This document shows, piece after piece, positions 39,828 through 48,767 of a DNA stretch of 48,767 nt. Position numbers and translations under genes: made by a program. Origin of the DNA: an uncultured archaeon (lineage in GTDB: Archaea > Asgardarchaeota > Lokiarchaeia > Sigyniarchaeales > SOKP01). The stretch is from the NCBI GenBank assembly GCA_964388035.1, contig CAYLZE010000002.1, positions 98,141-146,907 of the forward strand. Direction: 5' to 3'. Under the pieces are notes generated by a model, which had not been told where the DNA came from, did no database searches, and saw only the letters and a list, made by a program, of their open reading frames with translations. Numbering within the stretch: the stretch's first letter is position 1; each line of letters begins with the position of its first letter.

Positions 39828-41078
39828 ATGATTTTGTTTTCAAATCTTTATAAACTGATAAACAAGACTAATTATCGTGTTTCTAGTTGGGATCAAACCG
39901 GTAGGAATCTAGATTTTATCCAAATAAAAAGTAAAGAAACAAGGATTTTAGCAGATATCGACGGTCCGGGAATAATCCGGCATATTTATTTTACCTCCAT
40001 ACTCCTTGATCCCTTGGAATTTAGAAATGCAATCATAAAAATTTATTGGGATCATGAAAAGCATCCGAGTGTGGAAGTTCCGTTAGGAGATTTTTTTGGA
40101 GTAAGTAATTGTCGTCTGAGGTTATTAAATTCCTTGATGATGACTATAAATCGAGGGATTTTAGGAAGTTATGGATTCAACATGTATTTTCCTATGCCCT
40201 TTTCAGATCATGCTAAAATTGAAATAGAAAACCAAGGACCTTCTACGTTAGGGGGTTACTTTTCTGCTTTTTGGTATCATGTAGATTATGAAAAAAATGG
40301 CGAACCATTACGTCAAGACACGGGATATCTCCACGCTTTTTGGAATCGAGAAAAAATTACAAAAATCTCCGAAAATGTTCCTTTACGTAAAAAAAATATT
40401 GGGTTATGGAGCGGTAAAAATATAACAGGAAAAGATAATTATGTAATTTTGGATACAGAGGGAAATGGACAATTAGCAGGATTACTATTGAACATAGATA
40501 ATGTCGCAGGTGAGTGGTATGGAGAAGGAGATGACATGATCTTCATTGATGAGGATACTTGGCCGCCTTCGATTCACGGCACGGGCACGGAAGAGATTTT
40601 TGGAGCAGGGGCTAGCCCTAAAATTGAATTTTCGGGACCATATACAGGATTTCACCTTATTGAAAATTTTAATTATTCAGGAAATAATGGGATGTATCGA
40701 TGGTACATTAATGATCCCATTAGATTTAAGAAAAAAATTCGGTGGACCATAGAGCACGGACATGCGAATAATTATGAAAATGATTATTCAAGTGTTGCTT
40801 TCTGGTATCAAAAAGAACCCCATGCAACATATCCTCCTCTTCCAAAGTTAGAGGATAGAATACCCCGCTTACCTGAAAATTATAAAGAGATATGGAATCA
40901 GTATATAAGCTGCGCCAAAACCATGATGAGCCTTAAAAGAGATTTAAAAGAAACATTTCCAGAGTCTCTTGATCGTTTTTTTGAAGAAACGGCTCATTAT
41001 TTTGTAATGGGAAAATATGAACTAGCGATGAAGGGTTTTATAGAATTAACACAGAAAATTAATGAAATTTCCCAATGA
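39828..41078 (+). CDS. GH172 / DUF2961 glycoside hydrolase (second paralog, with C-terminal helical extension)
   Basis: SSWDQTGRN.D, PSVEVPLGDFFG, WYGEGD, HGTGTEE and EHGHAN motifs. Confidence 0.93.
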   Translation: MILFSNLYKLINKTNYRVSSWDQTGRNLDFIQIKSKETRILADIDGPGIIRHIYFTSILLDPLEFRNAIIKIYWDHEKHPSVEVPLGDFFGVSNCRLRLLNSLMMTINRGILGSYGFNMYFPMPFSDHAKIEIENQGPSTLGGYFSAFWYHVDYEKNGEPLRQDTGYLHAFWNREKITKISENVPLRKKNIGLWSGKNITGKDNYVILDTEGNGQLAGLLLNIDNVAGEWYGEGDDMIFIDEDTWPPSIHGTGTEEIFGAGASPKIEFSGPYTGFHLIENFNYSGNNGMYRWYINDPIRFKKKIRWTIEHGHANNYENDYSSVAFWYQKEPHATYPPLPKLEDRIPRLPENYKEIWNQYISCAKTMMSLKRDLKETFPESLDRFFEETAHYFVMGKYELAMKGFIELTQKINEISQ

Positions 41079-41447
41079 TTCTTGTTTCCGTTGGAGTTTA
41101 ATTCTTTTCCTTATTTCAACATTTAAATATTGAAAAAAATGATCTCAAATTAATTTCTGGGAATTCCTAAATTTTTGATGCTCTCTTAAACCTCTCAAAC
41201 TATTTTTTATGCTTATAGAATATCATTCTTGAAGCTATTATCTTATTATCTATTAGAAAAAGAAATAATTTATATGACCGATAAAAATTAAGAGATTCAC
41301 CGTTATTTATAATTACCATCATTATAAGATCATGAATTTCCCCCTTTTAGATTTTAGTAACAAAGATTAGGAAGAAAATGACAAAAGAAAGCTTTATATA
41401 GTAGATTGATAGAATCATAATTTGTAAAATAACGGGTGATATATAAA

Positions 41448-42089
41448 ATGAGTAAACCAAGTATAGTATCTCAAATAAGAGAAGCCGTGTTAAATGGAGA
41501 GGATGATACCGCAGATTCTTTGACTCGGGAAGCATTAAACCAAGGAATAGCAGCTCTAACGATATTAAATGAAGGAATCGTTCCGGGCATTACGGAAGCG
41601 GGAGAATTATGGAAAAAAAATGAATATTTTCAATCAGATGTGATTTTAAGCGCAGAAGCTTTTAGAGTGGCGATGGAAATAGTGGAACCAAAACTCTCTA
41701 GTCAAGATTTGGGGAAGAAAGGAAAAGTAGTAATCGGAACCGTTGCGGGGGACATGCATAATCTGGGGAAATTGATGGTGGTTGCTACTTTACGAAGCGC
41801 AGGATTTGAAGTAATTGACTTAGGTGAAGATGTTCCTACTGATAAGTTTATAAGCGAGGTTGAGAAAGTAAAACCTAAAATTTTAGGTTTGGGTTGTTAC
41901 ATGACAACCACCATGGCAGAAATGAAAGCTATCATAGAAAAATTGAAATCCAAAGGCTTGAGAAATCAGGTGAAGGTAATGCTAGGAGGCGTTCCCTTAA
42001 CGCAAGAAATAGTGGATGAATTTGGAGCGGATGCTTGGGGCAAAGACGCTTTTGATACGGTTGAAAAAGCACAAAAAATGGTGGGGTGA
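41448..42089 (+). CDS. Methyltransferase corrinoid protein (MtaC/MtoC-like)
   Basis: B12 cap domain plus GTVAGDMHNLGK (DxHxxG) and KVMLGG; GGTGA SD before ATG 41448. Confidence 0.95.
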   Translation: MSKPSIVSQIREAVLNGEDDTADSLTREALNQGIAALTILNEGIVPGITEAGELWKKNEYFQSDVILSAEAFRVAMEIVEPKLSSQDLGKKGKVVIGTVAGDMHNLGKLMVVATLRSAGFEVIDLGEDVPTDKFISEVEKVKPKILGLGCYMTTTMAEMKAIIEKLKSKGLRNQVKVMLGGVPLTQEIVDEFGADAWGKDAFDTVEKAQKMVG

Positions 42090-42095
42090 GATAAC

Positions 42096-43298
42096 TTGGC
42101 TAAAAAAGGTTCGGTAGAAGTTAAAGGTGGTTTAGGAGGGATGTTAGCAAGTTCCGACAGACCGTGGCTTCAAGTAACAGCACAAATGCATGATCATACC
42201 ATGTTATTAACTGGAACTCCCGCCAAGAAATTTTATTATGATGCAAAAGTAAACATTGATGCATCTGCTTGGGTTTCAGCTTACTATGACTTCGATACCA
42301 TGGTTTCTGCAGCGGACATTTACAATTATGAGGTTGAAGCATTAGGAGGAAAGATGATATATGGTGAAAATTCAATGCCCACCATAGACTTTCGGGATCC
42401 CCTCATAAAAAAGCCAGAAGATTTAGATCAATTAAGAAAAAAAGAGCTGGATTTTAAGAATGCCGGTCGTTTTCCTATGGTACTCGAAATGATGGAATTG
42501 AATTTAGAGTATGGTTTTTCAACGGGTCTATTCTGCTCACCTTTCAGCTTGGCGGTAGGAATGCGAACTTTTCCAAAATTGGTAAGAGATATGCGAAGGG
42601 ATCCTAAATTTGCCCATAAATTATTTACATTTTTAGTTGATGATATACTAACTCCGTGGATAAAAACTCAAAATCAATCCTCAGATGTGTTAATGGCGGT
42701 GGGAGCGGATGCGTGGGCTTGCATTCCCAACTTGTCTATTGAAGAGATGAACCAATGGGTGGTTCCGTACAATTTAAAGCTAATGAAAAACACCAAAAAG
42801 TTCGGTGTAATGTCCATGAACGTGAGTGGAGATTACTGCGAGGAACGCTTGGAAAAGTTTGATAAGAAAATTCTGCATGACAGTTTTAACATAGAAATTG
42901 CGAGTCAAGGTGCACCTGCCCTGTTTCTCGGAATGGGGCGTTGGCATGAGTATCCCTTAGATGCTGTTGTTGAATTCACAAATAGATACAAGGAGCAAGG
43001 AGTTAGAATGATGGTTGTGGGAGGCATTAATGCACGCTTATTACGCGATGGTCCTATAGAGAAAATTGTAGATATGGTTAAGAGATACGTTGATACATTT
43101 GCTCGTGACCATGATTTAACGATTATTCTAGCAAATATTCCAGCAGATGCACCTTCAGAGCATATCCATGCCGCGGTGCAAGCCACACATACTTATGGTC
43201 ATTTACCTATCGCTGATGATTTGGATGCAATTGACTTTAAGCTTAAAAAAATAAAACCATTTAAAGAATGGAAACAAGAGGCATTGAGTAAATCTTAA
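42096..43298 (+). CDS. UroD/MtaA-fold corrinoid methyltransferase (putative substrate-specific MT1)
   Basis: YNYEVEALG, GRFP, SPFSLA...R, P..AHKL, GGIN..LL..G and IP.D.P.EHI.A motifs; operon context. Confidence 0.8.
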   Translation: MAKKGSVEVKGGLGGMLASSDRPWLQVTAQMHDHTMLLTGTPAKKFYYDAKVNIDASAWVSAYYDFDTMVSAADIYNYEVEALGGKMIYGENSMPTIDFRDPLIKKPEDLDQLRKKELDFKNAGRFPMVLEMMELNLEYGFSTGLFCSPFSLAVGMRTFPKLVRDMRRDPKFAHKLFTFLVDDILTPWIKTQNQSSDVLMAVGADAWACIPNLSIEEMNQWVVPYNLKLMKNTKKFGVMSMNVSGDYCEERLEKFDKKILHDSFNIEIASQGAPALFLGMGRWHEYPLDAVVEFTNRYKEQGVRMMVVGGINARLLRDGPIEKIVDMVKRYVDTFARDHDLTIILANIPADAPSEHIHAAVQATHTYGHLPIADDLDAIDFKLKKIKPFKEWKQEALSKS

Positions 43299-43314
43299 CT
43301 AACTTAAAAAAAAG

Positions 43315-44226
43315 GTGGATAGGATGTTCCCGTTTACTACCGAGCAAAAGATTTTCAATATCAATGGAGTTGAAATTGGTGGTCTCCCATATGAGCGCCC
43401 TATAGTTTTAGTAAGTAGCATCTTTTATTCCAATCACGCGATCGTACAAGATTCCCAAGCAGGCATTTTTGACGAGCAAAAAGCTTTAGAACTTCTTAAA
43501 AAAGAAGAATCTCTTTCCACTCAAACGGGAGTCCCAAGATTTATTGATGTCATAGGAGATACTTCTGAGGCTTTAATTCGTTATATAGAATTCATAACGA
43601 GCCATACTGATGCTCCTATTCTCGTGGATTCTTCTTCTCAAAAAGTTCGTATTGAAGTAATTAAGCATTTCATGGGAAATAACCTTTCATCACGATTGAT
43701 TTATAATAGCATTACCGATGATTTCGCCGAGGAAGAACTGGATTGCCTTAAAAATGCCAAGATAAAGAATGCCATCGTGCTCGCATTTAACATGAAAGCG
43801 ATTAAACCTGAACGGAAACTCGAATTATTAAAGTCAAAATTATTACCAGCTGCAACGTCTGTCGGAATTGAAAATATCCTCATTGATATGGGCGTGGTGG
43901 ATGTTGCTAGTATTAGCTGGATTTCATTAGCAATAAGAGAAATAAAGCAAGCATTGGGATATCCCGTTGGATGTGCTCCAGCAAATGCGCTTTATGATTG
44001 GAAAAAAGTTAAAGAATTTGGAAAAAAAGCCTTTTATGCTTCGGCCGCCATAGTTTTAGGAACTATACGATGGTTTGGTGCAGATTTCTGTTTATATGGT
44101 CCTATTGAAAATGCATCGTGGGTATATCCCGCATTGGCGTCAGTTGATGGATTAATTGCCTATGGGGCACGCTTGCAAGGAAAGAGACCAATTAGTAAGG
44201 AACATCCCCTCTATAAAATTTTTTAA
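43315..44226 (+). CDS. mtrH: MtrH-like methylcorrinoid:tetrahydropterin methyltransferase
   Basis: EQKIFNINGVEIGG.P.E.P.VL..SIFY..H, PILVDS, IYNSI, GCAPAN, GADF.LYGPIE and HPLYKIF motifs. Confidence 0.88.
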   Translation: MDRMFPFTTEQKIFNINGVEIGGLPYERPIVLVSSIFYSNHAIVQDSQAGIFDEQKALELLKKEESLSTQTGVPRFIDVIGDTSEALIRYIEFITSHTDAPILVDSSSQKVRIEVIKHFMGNNLSSRLIYNSITDDFAEEELDCLKNAKIKNAIVLAFNMKAIKPERKLELLKSKLLPAATSVGIENILIDMGVVDVASISWISLAIREIKQALGYPVGCAPANALYDWKKVKEFGKKAFYASAAIVLGTIRWFGADFCLYGPIENASWVYPALASVDGLIAYGARLQGKRPISKEHPLYKIF

Positions 44227-44336
44227 CCCCAAATATTTACCTCCACAAAAAAAATTAAATAATTTAAAAAATGAAAGTAAAGAGAGTAAAAAATTAAAAG
44301 TTAAATCGAAGAAAATATAAAATAGGTGAAAATTTA

Positions 44337-44720
44337 ATGTCTTATCCCAAAACGCAAGTAAGAAGAGGATTAGCAAATCTTATGTGGAAACAAATGGAAG
44401 GTTTGAACTATTCCGAGAAGTTTAAAGAGAAGTTCAAGGATGCACATTATGAATTTTTATATAATCTCACGGATCAAAGATATGCCGCTTTAATTATAAT
44501 AGATAAAGGTACCGTCGATGTGAAATCTATTCGTAATGATAAGGAAACTTTAAGCAGTCTGAATTTGGATGGTTCTCTCGCAGCAAGGGCAGAATTATTT
44601 TTTAATTTTAGTTCGGGAAAAATGTCTAAATTAGCCATGTTAATAAGCATGCTAACAGGAAAAGTTAAGATAAAAGGTATGAAAAAAATGCAAGTCTTAC
44701 AAGAAGCTCTTGCACCATAA
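44337..44720 (+). CDS. SCP2 (sterol carrier protein 2)-like lipid-binding domain protein
   Basis: 127 aa; IIIDKG.V.V...D..L...E.F..F..G......MLTGKVKIKG pattern. Confidence 0.7.
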   Translation: MSYPKTQVRRGLANLMWKQMEGLNYSEKFKEKFKDAHYEFLYNLTDQRYAALIIIDKGTVDVKSIRNDKETLSSLNLDGSLAARAELFFNFSSGKMSKLAMLISMLTGKVKIKGMKKMQVLQEALAP

Positions 44721-45010
44721 ATCCATTTTTTTTATTTTTATCCATTTCTTTCTCTTTTTAATATCCTCTTAAGGTTCTAGAATTTTTCATATGATATAAT
44801 AAGATTTCGGAATAATAAGGTAAAAAAAAAAAGTTTTTAAAAATTCAATCAAGTTCAAATCCATCTTTATTTTTATTAACACGTGAAAAAATGATAAAAT
44901 GAAATGCCATTAATTATATTCTTTAAGTATAAAAAATATAGAGTAAACTTCATAATATTTTTCTTTAAATTCACCAAAATATTAGAAATTGGTTAACTAA
45001 TTTTCAACTA

Positions 45011-45037
45011 TTTTACATTTTTCCAGAAAATGTAAAA
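45011..45037. promoter_or_regulatory. Inverted repeat TTTTACATTTT-N5-AAAATGTAAAA upstream of ligA
   Basis: 11-bp perfect arms about 100 nt before the start; AT-rich. Confidence 0.35.
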
Positions 45038-45136
45038 ATTATCCGGATTAAAAAATCAGGATGGTCTCGACTTTTATATAGAGAAACATTCATTAAGATC
45101 ATAACCAAAATTTAATAAAATTTAGGAGTGTAATAA

Positions 45137-47128
45137 ATGCCAAAAAGGACAAGACAAGCAGGTCTATTCGATGCCATTTTAAAAAACGAAATTAAAGTTA
45201 GCCCCCAGCCCTCTTCAGGCAAGAGTCTTACCACCCCTTTTAATTCAAAAGAACAGAGGATTCAAGAACTTAAAAGAGAGATTGAATATTACCAATATCT
45301 ATATTATAACGAGCAGCCAGAGATTACCGATGAGGAGTTTGATAAATTATGGGATGAATTAAGGCAATTGGATCCTAATAATAGCATTTTTATCAAGGTT
45401 GGGTCCCCCGCCGCCCCTTCCAGAGATAAGAGAGAACATTTAATGTTCATGAATTCCCAGGATAAAGTATCTTCCCCTCAAGAATTCCGCAAATGGGCCA
45501 CGAAGACCAAGATTGCTCCCCTTATCGTGCAATACAAGCTGGACGGGATCAGCATCGAGCTTCAATTTCTGCAAGGTAAGTATATATATGGTATTACAAG
45601 AGGAGATGGAAATATTGGAGTGGATATCACGGATAACGTGAGAAAGATGAAAAAAGTTATTCCCGAAATCGATTCAGTATTTACAGGAGCAATTCGTGGA
45701 GAGATTATTTTGTCGAGAAAGATTTTTGAACAAAAATATTCCGATACTCAGAATCCTCGAAATACCGCTTCAGGTGTAAGCAAGCGAAAAGATGGGAAGG
45801 GAAGCGAGGATCTCACCGTGATATGTTATGATGCCACCAGCATCAATCCTGAGTTCGCATTCAGCGATGAATTACACAAAATTGAATGGTTGAAAGAGCA
45901 GGGATTTGAAGTAGTAGAGACGCAGATTTTTAATTCCGTTCAAGAAGTAATTGATTATCGCGAGTCTATTAATAACAAGCGTTCCTTGCTCAATTTTGAC
46001 ATTGACGGGTTAGTAGTGAAAGGAAAAGAGATGGATGTAGAAGACATGTCCCGACCAAGACCGCAAAAACAAATTGCTTTCAAGTTTGGGGCAGAAGAAG
46101 CTCGCTCCGTTGTTATTGATGTAGAATGGAGCGAAAGCGGGGTTAATTATACTCCCGTGGCGGTTATTAAGCCCGTGGAAATAGCAGGCACGCGGGTAGA
46201 ACGAGCCAGTCTATCCAATCCCGATATCGTCAAGGCATTAGATATCCGAATCGGTTCGGAAGTGATAGTATCCAAGCGCGGGGACATCATTCCCCACGTG
46301 GAACGGGTCGTGTTCAATCGCAACGGTTCTCAGCTTGTTGAAATCCCCCAACAATGTACTTGCGGAACATTCTTGGTAAATGAAGGCTCACGGCTTTATT
46401 GTCCGAACCCTAATTGTCCCAAGCTCGCCTATAAACGGTTGAAAAAATGGATTAAAAAATTGAACGTGAAGCATTTTGGCGATCTCATCTTGAAACCGTT
46501 ATATGACGGGGGTAAAGTAAGGACCATTCCCGATTTATATCGCTTGACCGTGAAAGTCCTCACCCAATTGGACAGAGTGGAAGAAAAGTCCGCCACTAAA
46601 GCTTTGGAAAACTTATGGGCAGTCAAGGAAATTCCTTTAGAGAAGTTCATTGCGGGATTTCACATCGAGGACATGGGAGAACGCCTTGTAAAACGCGTCG
46701 TGGATGCGGGATATGACACGTTAGAAAAAATCCAAGATGCCACGATTCCTGAATTATCCTCAGTAGATGGATTCGCGGAAGTCTCGGCAAGAGTGTTATT
46801 AGATGGTGTACACTCCCTTTACCCCCAAATGAGAGAGCTGTTAGAAGGGGGAAAAATCTCAATTAAAAAAAAGGAGGTAGCAAGCATCATGTCTGAAATG
46901 AACGGAAAGAGTTTTTGCTTCACGGGCAAGTTAGACGACAAGATGAAGCGCGCGGATGCCGAAAAAATAGTGACAGATAATGGCGGCATCGTAAAAAACA
47001 GCGTGGTCAAGGGATTAGACTATTTGGTTACCAATTCCACCGAGGAGACGACCAAGTTCAAGAAAGCAAGAGCGCAAGGAACCAAGATCATAAATCAGAA
47101 AGAATTTCTAAAAATAGCAGGAAAGTAA
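45137..47128 (+). CDS. ligA: NAD-dependent DNA ligase
   Basis: YY...P.ITDEEFD.L, KLDG, TRGDG..G.DIT, RGE, DGLVVK and AFKF motifs; OB, Zn, HhH and BRCT (FCFTGKL) domains. Confidence 0.96.
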   Translation: MPKRTRQAGLFDAILKNEIKVSPQPSSGKSLTTPFNSKEQRIQELKREIEYYQYLYYNEQPEITDEEFDKLWDELRQLDPNNSIFIKVGSPAAPSRDKREHLMFMNSQDKVSSPQEFRKWATKTKIAPLIVQYKLDGISIELQFLQGKYIYGITRGDGNIGVDITDNVRKMKKVIPEIDSVFTGAIRGEIILSRKIFEQKYSDTQNPRNTASGVSKRKDGKGSEDLTVICYDATSINPEFAFSDELHKIEWLKEQGFEVVETQIFNSVQEVIDYRESINNKRSLLNFDIDGLVVKGKEMDVEDMSRPRPQKQIAFKFGAEEARSVVIDVEWSESGVNYTPVAVIKPVEIAGTRVERASLSNPDIVKALDIRIGSEVIVSKRGDIIPHVERVVFNRNGSQLVEIPQQCTCGTFLVNEGSRLYCPNPNCPKLAYKRLKKWIKKLNVKHFGDLILKPLYDGGKVRTIPDLYRLTVKVLTQLDRVEEKSATKALENLWAVKEIPLEKFIAGFHIEDMGERLVKRVVDAGYDTLEKIQDATIPELSSVDGFAEVSARVLLDGVHSLYPQMRELLEGGKISIKKKEVASIMSEMNGKSFCFTGKLDDKMKRADAEKIVTDNGGIVKNSVVKGLDYLVTNSTEETTKFKKARAQGTKIINQKEFLKIAGK

Positions 47129-47223
47129 GGTCCGTAATCCATTTTTAGTCAAAAAAAATTTTTATTACAATTTATTTCTATCGTTCCTGTAAATATTTGC
47201 TCTTTTTATAACTCCATTACATT

Positions 47224-47481
47224 TTAATTGAAATTTAGAATTTTTTTAATTTCTTTAATGCGAGTTCTTAAAGTAACTTCGGTAATTCGCGCAATAGAAC
47301 TTATTTCAAACTGAGTTCTACGGATTTCGGATTCATTCGCAGCAATGTAAAGCGCGCTTGCGGCAAGCCCTTTAGGATCTCTTCCGCTTAGTTCTACCCC
47401 TCTTTCGATTGGGACTTCTAGGAAAGATAAAGCCCTCTTTTGAGTTTCTACAGGCAGTTTCAGCTGACTTCCAAATTGAAA
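47224..47481 (-). pseudogene. tfb: TFB/TFIIB C-terminal cyclin-repeat fragment (not in ORF track)
   Basis: QFGSQLKLP...LSGRDPKGLAASALYIAA......RTQFEISSIARITEVTLRTRIKEI; no in-frame ATG, and an apparent frameshift just after the ATG at ~47485. Confidence 0.88.
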
Positions 47482-47660
47482 TCATTAATGAAGTGGCTAA
47501 AATAGACAATTCTATATAAGAAGAAATAAAAAGAAAATGAAAATATCAACCTTTTTTCTTAATTAGAAAAAAGCAAATTAATATTATCTGATAAATCTTA
47601 TTAGAAATTATTCTCTAGCATTTATTAAAATTTCTTTAAGCATCGTAAAATAAATCTTCC

Positions 47661-48767
47661 TTGCTAAAAATAATCATTCATTGTCCTATCAATTGTGAAT
47701 CATTCTGTTATCAAGAAGTGAAGAAAAGCATTCCTGATTTGTTTAAAGTAGAATACGAGCTTCAGATTTCAGAATGCGGGATATTAATTCTAACACTTTA
47801 TGCTCCAAATAAAAAAGAATTCTCTCAATGCGTAGAGATTCTAAGTAAATGTGCAACTGTCGAAATTCTACGCTTAGAAGTCGTTTCTTACGAACTTCCT
47901 TATCATGTTCAAGATCCTAAAAGGGGAAAATATGAAAAAACTAAATTTCTTAATGAGAGCATTGAAAAAGCTTTATATAATTTATTCCAAATTACTTATC
48001 TCGACTCTTTAGAAGTAATAGCAAATAATTACTATTGGAAAGATTTTTCACAACAAGAAATTCAAGGTATTTTTAAACGAATAGCAAACGAGCGTTTTCC
48101 TTCCATTAAAATTGAATTTAAAAAAGCGAACAATGTTCTACATATCTCTATAAACAAGTACCATTTGAAAATAACCATGGAATTACCTGCTCAAAAATTA
48201 TTTCCTTTATTAAAAGTACACTCCACACCCGTATTCCCTAGCATTGGTCATGTAATGGTTCAATTAGCACTACAACAAGTTCCAACTGCCTCTCATTTCA
48301 TGGATGCAATGTGTGGTGCAGGAAATCTCGCTTTCATGGCAGAAAAAATCCTAAATAGCAGAAATAAAGCTTCCCTGAAAATAGATGGTTTTGATTTTGA
48401 TCCAAAGTGGATTCAGGAGGCAAGTGCTAATGCTCAAATCCTTGGCATGGTGAATATTCAATTTTTCAAGTGGGATCTCCTTCTTGATGACATGAGCTGT
48501 TTTCCCATGTCTGATATTGATATTATTCTCTCACATCCCCCTTACGGACATTTTGTTAAATACACCCCCGAGATTCTAAACCAACTATATAATGCCCTCC
48601 TTCAGCTCTTTATGATACATGGGAGTAAAAAAGGCTGTCTCGTTATTAATAGCCCTCGTGATGATATTTTAATACCAATAATTGAGAAGAGCCGAGTTCA
48701 ATTAGTTAAATTACTCGACATACCTCGCAAGGAAAGTACAATAAAGATCTGGGTTCTAAAAAAATAA
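47661..48767 (+). CDS. THUMP-type SAM-dependent RNA (guanine-N2) methyltransferase-like protein (Trm14/UPF0020)
   Basis: FMDAMCGAG motif I, GFDFD, A..NA and SHPPYG (NPPY-like) motifs. Confidence 0.7.
   Translation: MLKIIIHCPINCESFCYQEVKKSIPDLFKVEYELQISECGILILTLYAPNKKEFSQCVEILSKCATVEILRLEVVSYELPYHVQDPKRGKYEKTKFLNESIEKALYNLFQITYLDSLEVIANNYYWKDFSQQEIQGIFKRIANERFPSIKIEFKKANNVLHISINKYHLKITMELPAQKLFPLLKVHSTPVFPSIGHVMVQLALQQVPTASHFMDAMCGAGNLAFMAEKILNSRNKASLKIDGFDFDPKWIQEASANAQILGMVNIQFFKWDLLLDDMSCFPMSDIDIILSHPPYGHFVKYTPEILNQLYNALLQLFMIHGSKKGCLVINSPRDDILIPIIEKSRVQLVKLLDIPRKESTIKIWVLKK

Noticed and set aside
41448-44226. Methanogenesis Mtr complex or pyrrolysine-dependent methylamine methyltransferase
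   Set aside because: Only an MtrH-like gene is present, with no membrane subunits, no MttB/MtbB/MtmB and no in-frame TAG.
1-48767. tRNA, rRNA, integrase or transposase genes
   Set aside because: No GC-rich structured RNA segments or recombinase/transposase motifs were recognised by eye; a tRNAscan/Infernal run would be needed to exclude small RNAs.

Overview
AT-rich (roughly one-third GC by eye) archaeal chromosomal segment, most consistent with an Asgard archaeon (Lokiarchaeia-like). Markers are aIF-1A, a Rab-like small GTPase, a TFB fragment, a tungsten-type AOR, an MtrH-like methyltransferase and a short reductive-dehalogenase-like protein. Catabolic genes dominate: 3 GPH/MFS transporters, 2 sulfatases, GH116, 2 GH172, an Asp-box propeller hydrolase, peptidases and BKACE. 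There is also a corrinoid methyltransferase operon ending in an SCP2 gene, a RapA-like SNF2 ATPase and a bacterial-type NAD-dependent ligase. The most unusual structure is absent from the ORF track and occurs twice: a direct repeat brackets a copied internal fragment of a gene lying 2-3.4 kb downstream. (1) At 32960-33240, two 57-bp promoter-like repeats flank a 163-bp, 90%-identical piece of the histidine-kinase gene, oriented so the repeat would transcribe it antisense. (2) At 13024-14829, a ~500-bp duplicated GH116 3' end flanks a DUF362 fragment plus a toxin-antitoxin pair. Several pseudogenes or fragments (DUF364, tautomerase, CocE, TFB) and two unannotated single-TM microproteins were also found. 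All family calls come from motif recognition by eye, not database searches.
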